A stretch of 57,156 nt of DNA from Candidatus Moranbacteria bacterium CG10_big_fil_rev_8_21_14_0_10_35_21 (GCA_002773095.1 PFCG01000022.1:1-57156); one strand, 5' to 3'; counted from the first letter of the stretch, positions 1 to 11,300 are shown. Made by a program: numbers and translations. Notes: generated by a model not told the origin, from the sequence alone.

Positions 1-117
1 AATACTGAAAGATTACATATGGGTATTCAATTCAAAACCCCAAATTCTTTAATCAAGTGTTTCCAAGCTATTGGATAGAAAACGGTGAAAAATTACTGCT
101 ATATTAAGGAAATATCT

Positions 118-1194
118 ATGAAATATCTCAACGCTTTTAATAGAATAGCGGGAGTTGGCCCGCAAAAAATAAAAATGCTACTAGATTTTTTCGGTAGCCC
201 GGAAAAAGCTTGGCGGGCATCTTTTTCTGATTTGTTAAAATCAGGTTTGAAGGAAAAATTGGCTCTCGAAATTGAATCCAGAAGAAACGAAATTGACCCC
301 GAAGCTGAATGGGAAAAATTAGCCCAAGAAAATATCCGCGCCATAGGTCTGGATGATCCGGACTATCCCCGATTGCTCAAAGAGATTCCCAGTCCACCTT
401 TTATTCTTTATCTGAAGGGCGACTTTGATTTAAATCTGGCGCCGATAGTGACTATTGTCGGTTCCAGAAAAAATACGGCTTATGGAAATCAAGCAGCTTC
501 AGCTATCGCCCGTAGTTTAGTCGAAGCCGGATTTGTGGTGGCTAGCGGTTTAGCTTTGGGTATTGACGCTATCGCCCATCGGGCCACTCTAGATGCTGGA
601 GGAAAAACCATTGCAGTTTTGGGAAATAGTCTGGATGACGATTTTATTCACCCCCGTGCTAATTTTAATTTATCCCAAGAAATTTTAGAGTCTGGATGTT
701 TAATCAGCGAATATCCTCCAGGCACACCAGCTACTCCCTATACCTTTCCGATTCGTAATCGCATCTTGGCTGGCCTTAGTTTGGGAACAGTAATCGTGGA
801 AGCTGCCGAAAAAAGCGGCACCTTGATCACAGCACAAAACGCCTTAGAATTTAACCGAGAAGTGTTTGCTATTCCCGGATCAATCTTCTCCCCTCAATCG
901 GAAGGAGTTAATAATCTAATTAAAAAAGGGGCTAAACTTATTAGTGGAATTAAGGATATTTTGGAAGAATTAAATATGGAAACCAACCGCTCAGCTTCAG
1001 CAGTTATTCCCAAAATTCCCGAAACGCCGGAAGAAAAAATTATCCTTAAAATTCTTTCTCACGAACCAGTTCACGTTGACAATATCTCAAAACTATCTAA
1101 ACTAGGAACAGCTAGGGTTTCTTCCGCTCTTCTGATGATGGAAATCAAAGGTTGGACAAAAAATATCGGCGGACAGAACTACATACTGATGTAA
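118..1194 (+). CDS. dprA: DNA processing protein DprA/Smf
   Basis: ORF 85..1194 opens with GTG. The ATG at 118 is preceded by AAGGA. DprA Rossmann-core motifs IVGSRKNTAYG, GLALGIDAIAHRA and VIVEAAEKSGTLITA are present, with a C-terminal winged-helix-like tail. Confidence 0.9.
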   Translation: MKYLNAFNRIAGVGPQKIKMLLDFFGSPEKAWRASFSDLLKSGLKEKLALEIESRRNEIDPEAEWEKLAQENIRAIGLDDPDYPRLLKEIPSPPFILYLKGDFDLNLAPIVTIVGSRKNTAYGNQAASAIARSLVEAGFVVASGLALGIDAIAHRATLDAGGKTIAVLGNSLDDDFIHPRANFNLSQEILESGCLISEYPPGTPATPYTFPIRNRILAGLSLGTVIVEAAEKSGTLITAQNALEFNREVFAIPGSIFSPQSEGVNNLIKKGAKLISGIKDILEELNMETNRSASAVIPKIPETPEEKIILKILSHEPVHVDNISKLSKLGTARVSSALLMMEIKGWTKNIGGQNYILM

Positions 1195-1213
1195 ATTTAA
1201 TATTCGTAATAAT

Positions 1214-3445
1214 ATGAAATTAGTTATCGTTGAATCCCCTACTAAAGCTAAAACTATTTCCAAATTTTTGGGGAAAAAATTTTCCGTGAAATCTTCCTAC
1301 GGTCATGTGCGTGATTTGCCCAAAAAGGAAATGGGTATTGATATTGAAAAAGATTTCGAGCCCGCCTATGTCATACCAGACAAAGCGCTGGCTCGCGTTT
1401 CTGAACTAAAAAAACTGGCAGAAAAAGCAGACATGGTGATTTTGGCTACTGACGAAGACCGCGAAGGAGAAGCTATCTCTTGGCATTTACTTTCGGCGCT
1501 AAATTTGGACGAAGACAAAACTCAAAGAATAGCCTTTCATGAAATTACCAAAACAGCTATAGAAAAAGCTTTGGAAAATCCAAGGAAAATAGATTTAAAT
1601 TTAGTAGATGCTCAGCAAGCCAGAAGAATATTGGATCGTTTGGTGGGTTATGAGCTATCGCCTTTCCTTTGGAAAAAAATTCGCCGAGGTTTAAGCGCCG
1701 GACGAGTTCAATCAGTAGCTTTACGTTTGATTGTGGAACGAGAAAAAGAAATTAAAAGTTTTAAGCCGGAAGAATACTGGAGTATCGCTGCTTGGTTAAA
1801 ATCTAAAAAAGGAGAGCTGGAAACTAAACTTCTAAAAGAAAGTGGAAAATCCATAGGCAAGATGGGAATAAAAAATAAAGCTCAAGCAGAAAAAATTTAT
1901 TCTTTCCTAAAAAAATCTCAGTTTACCGTTTCGGAAGTTTCCAAAAAAGAAGTTAAAAAAAATCCTCTACCTCCTTATACTACTTCTACTCTTCAACAAG
2001 ATGCCAATAATAAATTGGGTTATAGTTCCAAGCAAACTATGGCTATTGCCCAACAGCTTTATGAAGGAGTGAAAATCGGTCCGGAAGGCACAGTCGGTTT
2101 AATCACCTATATGCGTACTGATTCCCTAAATCTTTCTATGGAATCATTAATTGCCGCCCGTAAAATGATTGAAAAGAAATTTGGAAAAGATTTTTCATTA
2201 GAAAGTCCCCGCTTTTTCAAAACTAAATCCAAAGGAGCGCAAGAAGCTCACGAGGCTATTCGTCCAACTTTTCCAGAAAAAGATCCGGAATCCTTGAAGG
2301 AATTTTTAGACTCCAAACAATATCATCTTTATCGTTTAATTTGGCAGAGGATGTTAGCCTCTCAAATGAAAGAAGCTTTAGTTGATTCAACGACTGTGGA
2401 TATCACCGCCGAACAAAAAAATTCTCAAGAAAATTTTACTCTTCGGGCTTCCGGATCAATTATTAAATTTAAAGGCTACTTAGAAATTTATGGGGATAAG
2501 CTTCCTATGTCCGAAAATATTTTACCAGCCGTAGAACTTAAGGAAATTTTAAATTTAATTAAAATAGATTCTTCCCAAAAATTTACTCAGCCACCGGCCC
2601 GCTACAGTGAAGCCGGTTTGATTAAAGTTTTGGAAGAGAATGGTATTGGTCGTCCTTCCACTTATGCTCCCACTATTTCTACTATTATAGATAGAAACTA
2701 CGTGGAAAAAGATGAAAATCGCAAACTTTTCCCCCAAGAAATAGGTATTCTAGTTTCTGATTTATTAGTAGAACATTTTTCCGAAATTGTGGATTATAAA
2801 TTTACTGCCAAAATGGAAGCGGATTTGGATGAAATTGCCACTGGAGACAAAGAGTGGGTGCCAGTTATTCGTGATTTTTACGGACCCTTTCATAAAAATT
2901 TGAAAAGCAAAACTAAAGAAATTAAAAAAGAAGATCTTCAAGAAAAAACTGGGAATAAATGTCCCGAATGCCAAGGAGAATTGATTATCAAATTTGGTCG
3001 TTTTGGAAAATTCATTGCTTGTTCCAATTACCCCAAGTGCAAACATACCGAAAAAACCGCCGAAGAAAAAAAAGTGGACGATGAATTTAAGGGAGAAATT
3101 TGTGAAGCTTGCGGAGCTCCGATGAATGTTAAGCGAGGAAAGTTTGGCATCTTCTTAGGCTGTTCCAACTATCCAGAATGTAAAAATATTAAAAAAATAG
3201 AAAAGAAATCAGGTGTAATCTGTCCCAAATGTTCCAAGGGAGATATTGTAGAAAGAAAAAGCAAAAAAGGTCGCGTTTTCTTTAGCTGTAACACTTATCC
3301 CAAGTGTGACTTTGCACTGTGGAATAAGCCTACTGGAGAAAAATGTGAAAAATGTAGTTCTCTAATGGTTTTCGCCGCCAAAAATAAAGTTAGGTGCTCT
3401 AAGAAGGAGTGTGGTTTTGAGAAAGAGAATAACAATATCGAATGA
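1214..3445 (+). CDS. topA: DNA topoisomerase I (type IA) with multiple C-terminal zinc ribbons
   Basis: Toprim start MKLVIVESPTKAKTI, acidic DEDREGE motif and active-site region GLITYMRTDS. Repeated CxxC...CxxC fingers (CPECQG, CEACGA, CPKCSKG, CEKCSS). Ends in TGA overlapping the next ORF. Confidence 0.95.
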   Translation: MKLVIVESPTKAKTISKFLGKKFSVKSSYGHVRDLPKKEMGIDIEKDFEPAYVIPDKALARVSELKKLAEKADMVILATDEDREGEAISWHLLSALNLDEDKTQRIAFHEITKTAIEKALENPRKIDLNLVDAQQARRILDRLVGYELSPFLWKKIRRGLSAGRVQSVALRLIVEREKEIKSFKPEEYWSIAAWLKSKKGELETKLLKESGKSIGKMGIKNKAQAEKIYSFLKKSQFTVSEVSKKEVKKNPLPPYTTSTLQQDANNKLGYSSKQTMAIAQQLYEGVKIGPEGTVGLITYMRTDSLNLSMESLIAARKMIEKKFGKDFSLESPRFFKTKSKGAQEAHEAIRPTFPEKDPESLKEFLDSKQYHLYRLIWQRMLASQMKEALVDSTTVDITAEQKNSQENFTLRASGSIIKFKGYLEIYGDKLPMSENILPAVELKEILNLIKIDSSQKFTQPPARYSEAGLIKVLEENGIGRPSTYAPTISTIIDRNYVEKDENRKLFPQEIGILVSDLLVEHFSEIVDYKFTAKMEADLDEIATGDKEWVPVIRDFYGPFHKNLKSKTKEIKKEDLQEKTGNKCPECQGELIIKFGRFGKFIACSNYPKCKHTEKTAEEKKVDDEFKGEICEACGAPMNVKRGKFGIFLGCSNYPECKNIKKIEKKSGVICPKCSKGDIVERKSKKGRVFFSCNTYPKCDFALWNKPTGEKCEKCSSLMVFAAKNKVRCSKKECGFEKENNNIE

Positions 3446-3477
3446 AATTGAGAGCGATCTTTTTTGTATTACAAAAT

Positions 3478-4971
3478 ATGTCTATGGAAATTATCACTAT
3501 TGAAAACGTTTTAAAAAGTATGCGGGTAACCGTCACTTCTCAGAGAGAAGCTTTAATTAGAAAAGCTTATGATTTTGCTTTAGCGGCTCATCATGGACAA
3601 AAACGCAAATCCGGAGAAGAATATATTCAACATTCCTTACGCACCGCTCTTAACTTGGCCAACATGGGAATGCGTTCACGAACAATCGCCGCCGGCCTAC
3701 TTCATGATGTGCCCGAAGATACGTCCGTTACCCTAGACGAGATTGAAAAAAATTTTGGAAAAGAAATTGCTTTCCTTATTTCCGGAATTACTAAGTTAGG
3801 AAAAATAAAATTAAGAGAAACCAAGGAAGAACTTTATTTAGAAAATCTACGTAAAATGTTTTTAGCTATGGCTTCTGATATTCGGGTTGTGATTATTAAA
3901 CTAGCTGACCGTTTGAATAATATGGAAACCCTGGATGCTTTATCGGAAGAAAAACAACGCCGCATTGCACTGGAAACTATGGAAGTTTACGCACCCATCG
4001 CCAATCGATTGGGTATTGGAGATATGAAAGATAAATTAGAAGATTTATCTTTCAAATATTTGGATAAAGAAAACTACGAAAAAACCCAGAAGCTTAAGGA
4101 AGAGGCTTTAGGAAAAAGCAAAAAATTTATCATCTTAGCTACCACTGAAATTAAGAAGGAATTGAAAAAAAGCGGAATCAAAGTCGTTGATGTTTTTGGG
4201 AGAACTAAACATCTTTACAGTCTTTATCAAAAATTGAAACGCTATGATATGGATATCGCTAAAGTTTACGATCTCTATGGAGTTCGGATAATTGTTCCGG
4301 AAGTAGCTGATTGTTATGAAGCCCTGGGTATCGTTCATAAAAAATATCATCCTTTAATTGGAAGGATTAAGGATTATATTTCTCTGCCTAAGCCTAACGG
4401 TTATCAATCAATTCACACTACAGTTTTTGGACCAGACGGCTTAATTATGGAGGTGCAGATTAGAACCCAAAAAATGGACATTGAATCTGAATTCGGAATC
4501 GCTGCTCATTGGATTTATTCCGATCATCGAAAAGATTGGAAAGACTTTTTCTTCAAAAAAGCTAAGCCTATTCCTGAAGAAGAATTAATTTGGGTTAAAC
4601 AACTTCGCGAATGGCAAAGTGAACTAGGTAAAGATAATCAAGAATTCGTGGAAAGTCTAAAAATAGATTTTTTCAAAAATCATATTTTTGCTTTTACTCC
4701 AATGGGAGATATTATTGATCTTCCGGAAGAAGCCACCCCTATTGATTTTGCCTATAAGGTTCATAGTCAAATCGGCCATCGCGCTGTCGGAGCCAAAGTA
4801 GATAAACGCATTGTTCCCTTGGATTATAAAATTAAAAATGGAGAAGTAGTTGAAATTATCACTTCCAAGGAAACTAAAAATCCCAGTCGCGATTGGCTGA
4901 GATTTGTGAGAACTTCTATGTCCAAAAGTGCTATTCGAAAAACACTTAAAAAAAACGATTTACTTAATTAA
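3478..4971 (+). CDS. short RelA/SpoT homologue: HD hydrolase + (p)ppGpp synthetase + TGS, no ACT/RRM tail
   Basis: HD region HHGQKRKSGEEYIQH...LLHDVPEDT. Synthetase region YGVRIIV...GYQSIHTTV...EVQIRTQKMD...AAHWIY. TGS region IFAFTPMGDIIDLP...GAKVDKRIVPLDYKIKNGEVVEI. The first ATG after the topA stop is at 3478. Confidence 0.85.
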   Translation: MSMEIITIENVLKSMRVTVTSQREALIRKAYDFALAAHHGQKRKSGEEYIQHSLRTALNLANMGMRSRTIAAGLLHDVPEDTSVTLDEIEKNFGKEIAFLISGITKLGKIKLRETKEELYLENLRKMFLAMASDIRVVIIKLADRLNNMETLDALSEEKQRRIALETMEVYAPIANRLGIGDMKDKLEDLSFKYLDKENYEKTQKLKEEALGKSKKFIILATTEIKKELKKSGIKVVDVFGRTKHLYSLYQKLKRYDMDIAKVYDLYGVRIIVPEVADCYEALGIVHKKYHPLIGRIKDYISLPKPNGYQSIHTTVFGPDGLIMEVQIRTQKMDIESEFGIAAHWIYSDHRKDWKDFFFKKAKPIPEEELIWVKQLREWQSELGKDNQEFVESLKIDFFKNHIFAFTPMGDIIDLPEEATPIDFAYKVHSQIGHRAVGAKVDKRIVPLDYKIKNGEVVEIITSKETKNPSRDWLRFVRTSMSKSAIRKTLKKNDLLN

Positions 4972-5911
4972 CAATTCTGCTTAGAATATTATCCAACTCT
5001 TCTTGGGAATAATAATCAATGACTATTTTTCCTCCCGAACCGAATCGGGAAACTTTAACCTTAGTTCCCAGCGCTTCTAAAAGTTTTTCTTCAATAGCTT
5101 TGACTTCTGGATCAATATGCATAGTTCGTTTATGAGTTCTAACTGAGATTTCTTTGGTTTTATCTTCCGTCTGGCGAACTGTTAAATTGCTTTTTAAAAT
5201 TAATTCAAAAAGGGCTCTTTGTTTTTCCGGATTTTCAATGGCTAGAATGGCCTTGGCATGACCTTCGGTAATTTGCCCATTCATTAAGGCTTTTTGCGCT
5301 TCCACTTGTAGATTCAACAAGCGAATTTTATTGGCTACTCCGCTTCGACTTTTGCCCACTTTGACAGAAACTTCTTCTTGGCTTAGTTCAAATTCACTGA
5401 TTAATTTTTGATAGGCTTTGCCCTCTTCTATTGGATTCAAATCATGACGATGAATATTTTCCACAATCGCCAACTCTAATTTTTCTTGTTCCCCTGCTTC
5501 TCTCACGATGATGGGGATTTTTTTTAGTCCAGCCAACTTAGCCGCCTGTAATCTTCTTTCTCCCGCAATTAGTTCAAATTGGCGACCATTTTTGGTAACT
5601 ACTAACGGCTGAATAAGCCCATGATTTTTTATAGAGTCGGATAATTCTTTTATTTTATCTTCATCAAATATAATTCTGGGTTGATGCGGGTTAGGCACTA
5701 TTTCTTCTATATTGACTTCTTGAATAGAATTGCCAGGTGATTTGTTTTGATTGGAATTTTGATTTTCTTTTCCTGAATCACGACTATCCGCACCAAAATA
5801 GTTATAATTTTCCCTTGGAGTATTTATTTTTTTCTCCTCTGGTTGAGCTCCGGATTTTTTTTGTGGGATAAGAGAAGCCAATCCCCTACCTAAACCATAA
5901 TTTTGTGACAT
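4964..5911 (-). CDS. parB: chromosome partitioning protein ParB/Spo0J
   Basis: ParB box GLIQPLVV...ELIAGERRLQAAKLAG and HTH SQEEVSVKVGKSRSGVANKIRLL. Sits immediately downstream of parA. Confidence 0.9.
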   Translation of the reverse strand: MSQNYGLGRGLASLIPQKKSGAQPEEKKINTPRENYNYFGADSRDSGKENQNSNQNKSPGNSIQEVNIEEIVPNPHQPRIIFDEDKIKELSDSIKNHGLIQPLVVTKNGRQFELIAGERRLQAAKLAGLKKIPIIVREAGEQEKLELAIVENIHRHDLNPIEEGKAYQKLISEFELSQEEVSVKVGKSRSGVANKIRLLNLQVEAQKALMNGQITEGHAKAILAIENPEKQRALFELILKSNLTVRQTEDKTKEISVRTHKRTMHIDPEVKAIEEKLLEALGTKVKVSRFGSGGKIVIDYYSQEELDNILSRIVN

Positions 5912-5928
5912 ATTTTTATTTTATATTT

Positions 5929-6717
5929 TTATACGGAAAAATTAGTTTTTGTATTTTTATCTCTTTCGATAATTTCTCTGGCTAAATTTTTATAAGCTCT
6001 CGCACCTTTGGATAATGAATCGAAATTTAAAATCGATTTACCAAAACCAGGTGCTTCAGCTAAGCGGACTGATCTAGGAATAATACTCTCAAAAACATGC
6101 CCAGGAAAATGGTCACGCACTTCTTTGATTACTTGGCGAGACAAACGATTTCTCTTATCATACATAGTCAACACAGCTCCCATTATTTTTAATTCCGGTT
6201 GAAGATTTTCACGCACTAAATTTATCGTGCTCAATAATTGACTTAAACCTTCCAAGGCAAAATATTCAGTCTGGACCGGAATAATTATTTCATCGCTGGC
6301 CACTAAACCATTAATGGTTAGTAATCCAAGACTAGGTGGAGAATCAATAATTATATAATCATAGTTGGTGCGAATTTCCCGTAAAACATTATACAAACGA
6401 AATTCTCGATTATCCAAGTGGACCAACTCTATTCCAGCTCCGGCTAAATCCTGTGATGATGGCAGTAAGTCATGACCGACTGTTTCAGTTTTAATAATAA
6501 TTTTTTCCGGATGTTCTCCCAACACCATAGAATGATAAAGACTTTTTTCAAGATTCCTAGTGTCAACACCGATACCAGAAGAGGCATTGCCTTGCGGATC
6601 CAAATCAACTAGCAACACAAACTTTCCGGCTTCCGCCAGATAGGTTGCCAGATTAATGGCGGAGGTGGTTTTTCCCACTCCTCCCTTTTGGTTGACTAAA
6701 GAAATAATTTTCGCCAT
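5929..6717 (-). CDS. parA: chromosome partitioning ATPase ParA/Soj
   Basis: Deviant Walker A KGGVGKTT directly after MAKIISLVNQ, then DLDPQGN and IIIDSPPSLG. The tracked ORF extends upstream to 6819 but the family N-terminus begins at the ATG at 6717. Confidence 0.9.
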   Translation of the reverse strand: MAKIISLVNQKGGVGKTTSAINLATYLAEAGKFVLLVDLDPQGNASSGIGVDTRNLEKSLYHSMVLGEHPEKIIIKTETVGHDLLPSSQDLAGAGIELVHLDNREFRLYNVLREIRTNYDYIIIDSPPSLGLLTINGLVASDEIIIPVQTEYFALEGLSQLLSTINLVRENLQPELKIMGAVLTMYDKRNRLSRQVIKEVRDHFPGHVFESIIPRSVRLAEAPGFGKSILNFDSLSKGARAYKNLAREIIERDKNTKTNFSV

Positions 6718-6760
6718 AATTAAGTATATTATACTATGGTTTACGGTATATTCAAAAAAG

Positions 6761-6844
6761 GCCACTGTGGTGAAATTGGTATACACGCAGCACTCAAAAT
6801 GCTGTGGGGGCAACTCCATGTCGGTTCGAGTCCGACCAGTGGCA
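6761..6844 (+). tRNA. tRNA-Leu (anticodon CAA), class II with long variable arm; CCA not encoded
   Basis: Hand-folded cloverleaf. Acceptor GCCACTG/CAGTGGC plus discriminator A. D stem GTG/CAC. Anticodon stem CAGCA/TGCTG with loop CTCAAAA. Variable arm TGGGGGCAACTCCAT. T arm GTCGG-TTCGAGT-CCGAC. Confidence 0.9.
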
Positions 6845-7028
6845 CAAAAAATAGAGTTTCCGCCAAAGGCGGATCACGTCGAATGACTGTGGCGACTCTC
6901 TCTCGCGGCACAAAAAATATATTTTTCTCTAGAAACAAACTAAACTACACAACGGAAACTATTATTTTTTGCAACATATTTCAAGGTATCTTAAAAAAAT
7001 TAATGCTTAAATTACAAAATTTATACAA

Positions 7029-7226
7029 ATGATAGCGATTATAAAAAAATATCTCGAAGAAAATCCCAAAATAAAAAAAATAGTGGCTATATTTATGATT
7101 TTTATTGGTTTTATAGCTCTTATCACGCCTTTTTCGCCTGGCTCATGGTTACTGTTTGTTGGATTTGAATTATTGGGCTTGAGAGTTTTATTTTTTAATA
7201 AAATAAAATTTTGGAGGAGGAAATAA
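7029..7226 (+). CDS. small two-TM membrane protein (PGPGW-like motif TPFSPGSW), function unknown
   Basis: 65-aa ORF with two hydrophobic spans. An opposite-strand ORF (7007..7231) covers the same DNA and looks less protein-like. Confidence 0.4.
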   Translation: MIAIIKKYLEENPKIKKIVAIFMIFIGFIALITPFSPGSWLLFVGFELLGLRVLFFNKIKFWRRK

Positions 7227-7238
7227 AACAATTATATT

Positions 7239-8039
7239 TTATTTTTTAGTCAACCGATATACATTTTCCAAAAGACAGGCAATCGTCACTGGTCCTACTC
7301 CACCAGGAACCGGAGAAATAGCACTAATAATATTTTTGACTGATTCAAAATCCACATCCCCCACCACTTTGCCGTTAATTTTGCTGATACCGCCGTCAAT
7401 CACGATTACTCCTTCTTTTAGCATATTTCCGGAAATTAATTTTGGTTTTCCCACTGCGGTTATAATAATATCCGCTTTTTTTATTAAATCTAAACTATTT
7501 TCCAAATCTTTCACTAAAATATATTTACTTTTATTTTTTTTCTGTTCTAACATTCCAACCATCGTTTCTCCAAATTCTTTTGAATTAGCTACCACTATTC
7601 CAAATTTTCCCGACACTTCCTGTTCGCTACTTTCAGCTAGGCGCATAATAGCACTAGGAAAAACCGGCAAAGATTGACTTTCTACAGAAAACCCATCAGC
7701 ATCTTTTTCCGGAGCAATGCTACTGATAATTTTTTGGGTATTAAATTTTTCTGGCAAGGGCAGCTGAACGATAATGCCAGTTATATTTTTATCAGTATTT
7801 AAGTTCTTTATTAATTCGATAATTTCTGGCTCAGAATTTTTCTCCGTAAAATTATAAAGTTTAAATTTTATTCCAGCTTCTTCTGCCGCTTTTTTCTTAA
7901 GTCGGACATAAAGTTCCGAGGCTTCATTTTGGCCGACCAAAACTACAGCCAGACCTAGTTCCAGATTTTGCTGGCTTATTTTTTCTTTGAGCTCTTTGAG
8001 AATTTTATCGGCAATTTCTCGCCCTCTGATTATTTTCAT
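7239..8039 (-). CDS. folD: bifunctional methylenetetrahydrofolate dehydrogenase/cyclohydrolase
   Basis: Family motifs LAVVLVGQNEASELYV, GIIVQLPLP, DADGF, ADIIITAVGKP, VIDGGI and PVPGGVGPVTIA. Confidence 0.9.
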   Translation of the reverse strand: MKIIRGREIADKILKELKEKISQQNLELGLAVVLVGQNEASELYVRLKKKAAEEAGIKFKLYNFTEKNSEPEIIELIKNLNTDKNITGIIVQLPLPEKFNTQKIISSIAPEKDADGFSVESQSLPVFPSAIMRLAESSEQEVSGKFGIVVANSKEFGETMVGMLEQKKNKSKYILVKDLENSLDLIKKADIIITAVGKPKLISGNMLKEGVIVIDGGISKINGKVVGDVDFESVKNIISAISPVPGGVGPVTIACLLENVYRLTKK

Positions 8040-8060
8040 ATTTAGTCAGTATACATTTTT

Positions 8061-8285
8061 TTAATTTTTTGTCACTATTTGGTTAGAATTATTTATTCCC
8101 TTTAACTTTTTCTTCATCTCCTTCAAAAACTTCTTAATTATTTCTATATCTTTTTCAGTATAAAAACGCCATCCTCTGGAGTCTTTTTGAGGATGTAAAA
8201 TAAGCCCAGCGCGTTCCCAGCGTAGGATAGTGTTTCGATCTCTATCTATGAGATTCTCTACATCTTTAACTCGGATATATGTCAT
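8061..8285 (-). CDS. stand-alone MerR/excisionase-type HTH protein (74 aa), copy 2
   Basis: YIRVKDVENLIDRDRNTILRWERAGLI.HPQKDSRGWRFY fits the MerR-type HTH plus wing. There is no effector domain. Close paralogue of 14458..14667. Confidence 0.7.
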   Translation of the reverse strand: MTYIRVKDVENLIDRDRNTILRWERAGLILHPQKDSRGWRFYTEKDIEIIKKFLKEMKKKLKGINNSNQIVTKN

Positions 8286-8323
8286 AAACTTTTATTAAAC
8301 TCAAACCTTAATTCATAATTCGT

Positions 8324-11300
8324 CTACCTCCTTACCCACCCAAATATATCTTGGAAATTATTGATTATCATTTGCACTACATTTTCTTTTCTTCTCGGAG
8401 TTAACAAAGCATACTCGGTAGAAGTGCCTTCGTTACCGGATTTATCAATAGATTTAGCTTTGAAATAATAAACAGTGCCAGGTTTGAAAATAGTCACTAC
8501 CGCAATATGGCTCGGAGCAAAGTCTTCACTGATTTTAACTTCTTTTTCTTGTCCGGATTTACCTTCTTTGTAGATTAAAGCTGTCGTAGCCGGTTCATCA
8601 GTGGTCCAAGAAATAATAGTTTGTACTCTATCGCCTTGAGCTAAAGCCGAGTCAGTTCTAATCTGATCTATCTTAGGAGCATTTTCATCTTTTCCGGTAG
8701 TAAAGTTGGGACCATCTTGTTCAGTTTCATTCCCCTCTTCATCTCGGGCTTTAATCTTAGTAGAGAAAGTGGTGCCAGCTATTAGGTTTTTCAATTCTAC
8801 TTCATGAGTAGAAGTTAATGTTGGGACTCCTTGAAAACCAGAACCTTTACCTTCAGATAAATCAGTGTAGGAAATGAGAGCGTCAGTCGGCACGTTGGTA
8901 GTAAATTTAACTACCACTGAGTTTTCAGTCACATCCGTAATCTCAGTTCCCGAAATAGCTGGAGGTGATTTGGGCTCGAAAGTATAATCTCCGGAAGAAT
9001 ACAAATTATTAGTTGCATCCTTACCTTTGACTCGGAAATGATAAATTTGAGAAGAAATTAAACTGGTTAAAGTCACTTCGTGAACTTTAGTGAGAGTGGT
9101 GGATTCTTTAGTTTCTCCATAAGAAGTTGTTAATCCGTATTCCACAGTGGAAGTGGTATCTTTAGAAGTACTCCAGGTAATGACAGCTTGATTCAGTGAA
9201 GTAGAAACTACTTTAATGGAAGATAAAGTGGACGGTTCGCTGGTGGTGAAGTTGCCTTGAGCAGATTCGGCGATGTTGCCGGCGGCGTCCGTTGAAATAA
9301 TTGTGTAATAATATTTGGAAGCCGGGATTAAACCATTAATGATTACTGAATGATCAGTTACATAATTAGCTGAATCTGAATTAACTTCATAATTTCCAGC
9401 GATATTATCGTAAGTTCCATCTACTAACCCATAGGCTACTAAACTATTAGCCTCTTCGTCGGTTGTCCATGTTGCTGTGACTGATTCTCCGGTAATTGTC
9501 CCAATATTAATTCCACTGATAGATGGAGCGGTTGCATCAGCTGTATCTCCCCATCCGCTACTAGTTAAAAGTTCAGCTGAAGTAATAAATGAATATTCCG
9601 AAGACATAACCGTATTATCCAAATTATCCACACAAGTAATGCGATAATAATAAGTAGTGGAAAATATCAACCCAGTAACGTGGATGGAATGATTAGAATT
9701 ATATAAAGTTTCCGCAATTGGAACTTCGGTATAAGATCCAGAAGCAGTACCATATTCAATGGTACACTTGGCGTTTTGATCCGTATTAAAAGTAACCACG
9801 GCCTTAGTATCAGTAATCACTGAAGGTGGATCGGCAATATTCGTAATGGCACTCAACGCATCATGTTGTTCTCCTGGAACTCTCAATGTAGTAAAATTAT
9901 ATTCTACAGAAATAGTTGAGTTAGTATTGATATCAACGGAAGTAACGGTGTAATAATATTTAGTGTTGGCGGTGAGACCAGTGAGAATAACATAATGACT
10001 TTTGTCATAAGTGGCCACTGTTCCTGTGCTACCCAAAACTCCAGAAACAGTTCCGTAGGATACTTTGCTGTTAGCATTTTCATCGGTGGTCCAATTAATA
10101 GCCGCGGAAGTGTTGTTAATAATAGCGACATTAGGATTGGAAATAACTGGAGCCACCACATCCGAAGTCGTTACAAAGGAATAAAAGTTTCCAGCATTAT
10201 TATCTGTAGCCACATTAGACGAAGCATCCGTTGATTGGACATAGAAATAATAGGTAGTTCCACTCACCAATGGACTGCCTTCAAAACTGTTAACTATTTG
10301 AGTATGCACATATGGATAACTGCCTCCCACTAAACCTCCCGATACTGCCGGTATTGTTTCAGCACCAACCAATGCTCCACTAGACAAAGTATCAGAATAA
10401 ATTACTTGAGTATCGGAATCTACCGTGGTTAGCCAACTGATAGTTACTTGATTATTACTAACTTGAGGAGCGGTTACATTGGAAATAGCCGGACCATCCA
10501 GAGTAGTAAACGTATAATTGGCAATTGGAGAAGATCCTGGACTATCTTTGTCATTAGTTGCTTCATTACCGCTCGCATCCTGTGATTTTACTTGAATATT
10601 ATAGATCGTATTGGGTAGTATTCCAGTGACAATAACGGAGTGACTAGTTACCATAGAAGCATTTCCGGTTGTGGGTAAATATGTCGCATCGGTAGAATAA
10701 CCCACACTAGAACTGGACAATTCATTGGTCGTCCACGTTACCGTGGCCGAGGTGGTACCGATACCAGATATCGCTACACTCGAAATAGTTGGCGCGGTAG
10801 AATCACTAGACCCAGCTCCATCGGGAATATCATCCACAGTATCAGAATAAGCTGAAAGATTGCCTGCGGAGTCTTGAACATTTATTTTGTAATAATAATG
10901 AGTAGCAGCCGTAAGCCCACTATCAATAACATAATTAACTGTTCGATCGGTTGAGGTTTGCGCCTTCAACCAAATGGCATCACCAGTAGAATGGGAAGCC
11001 GCCACAGTATTATTTACTCCTCTGGTTATAGTTCCTCCCAGATCATTAGTTGACTTTGAAGTATAAGTTATTTGTTCATCGCCGATAATAATTGTTCCGG
11101 AAGTTGGCAAAAGTGAACCATTTGTGACTGTGATGGCTGTTGTGTCAGAGTTAGTTAGTTCCTCATTAAGAGTTAGCGATGATCCGGCAGAGCGCCAGAG
11201 GTTATAGCTAGTAAATCCAGCTCCGACTTCTGAACCAGAAATAGTATTCCAAGCAATAAATTCACGATAAATACTATTACCAGAATCGGAAGTATCATAA

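Noticed and set aside
6718-6819. Long N-terminal extensions in the tracked ORFs (ParA to 6819, AtpG to 31790, Nif3-like to 45083, U32 to 48479, MetRS to 40887, DprA from 85).
   Set aside because: The family-conserved N-termini begin at internal ATG codons. The extensions start at non-ATG codons or run through spacers or element DNA, so the shorter starts are preferred.
6656-7032. Tracked ORFs 6656..6886, 6736..7032 (+) and 6741..6938 (-).
   Set aside because: They run across the tRNA-Leu gene and its trailer and have no protein-like features, so they are spurious.
8408-10798. The eight-fold repeat region of the giant gene, considered as a DGR target or DNA-level tandem repeat.
   Set aside because: The similarity is at protein-motif level only, and the DNA copies are diverged. 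No reverse transcriptase, template repeat or adenine-specific mismatch pattern was seen in the window.
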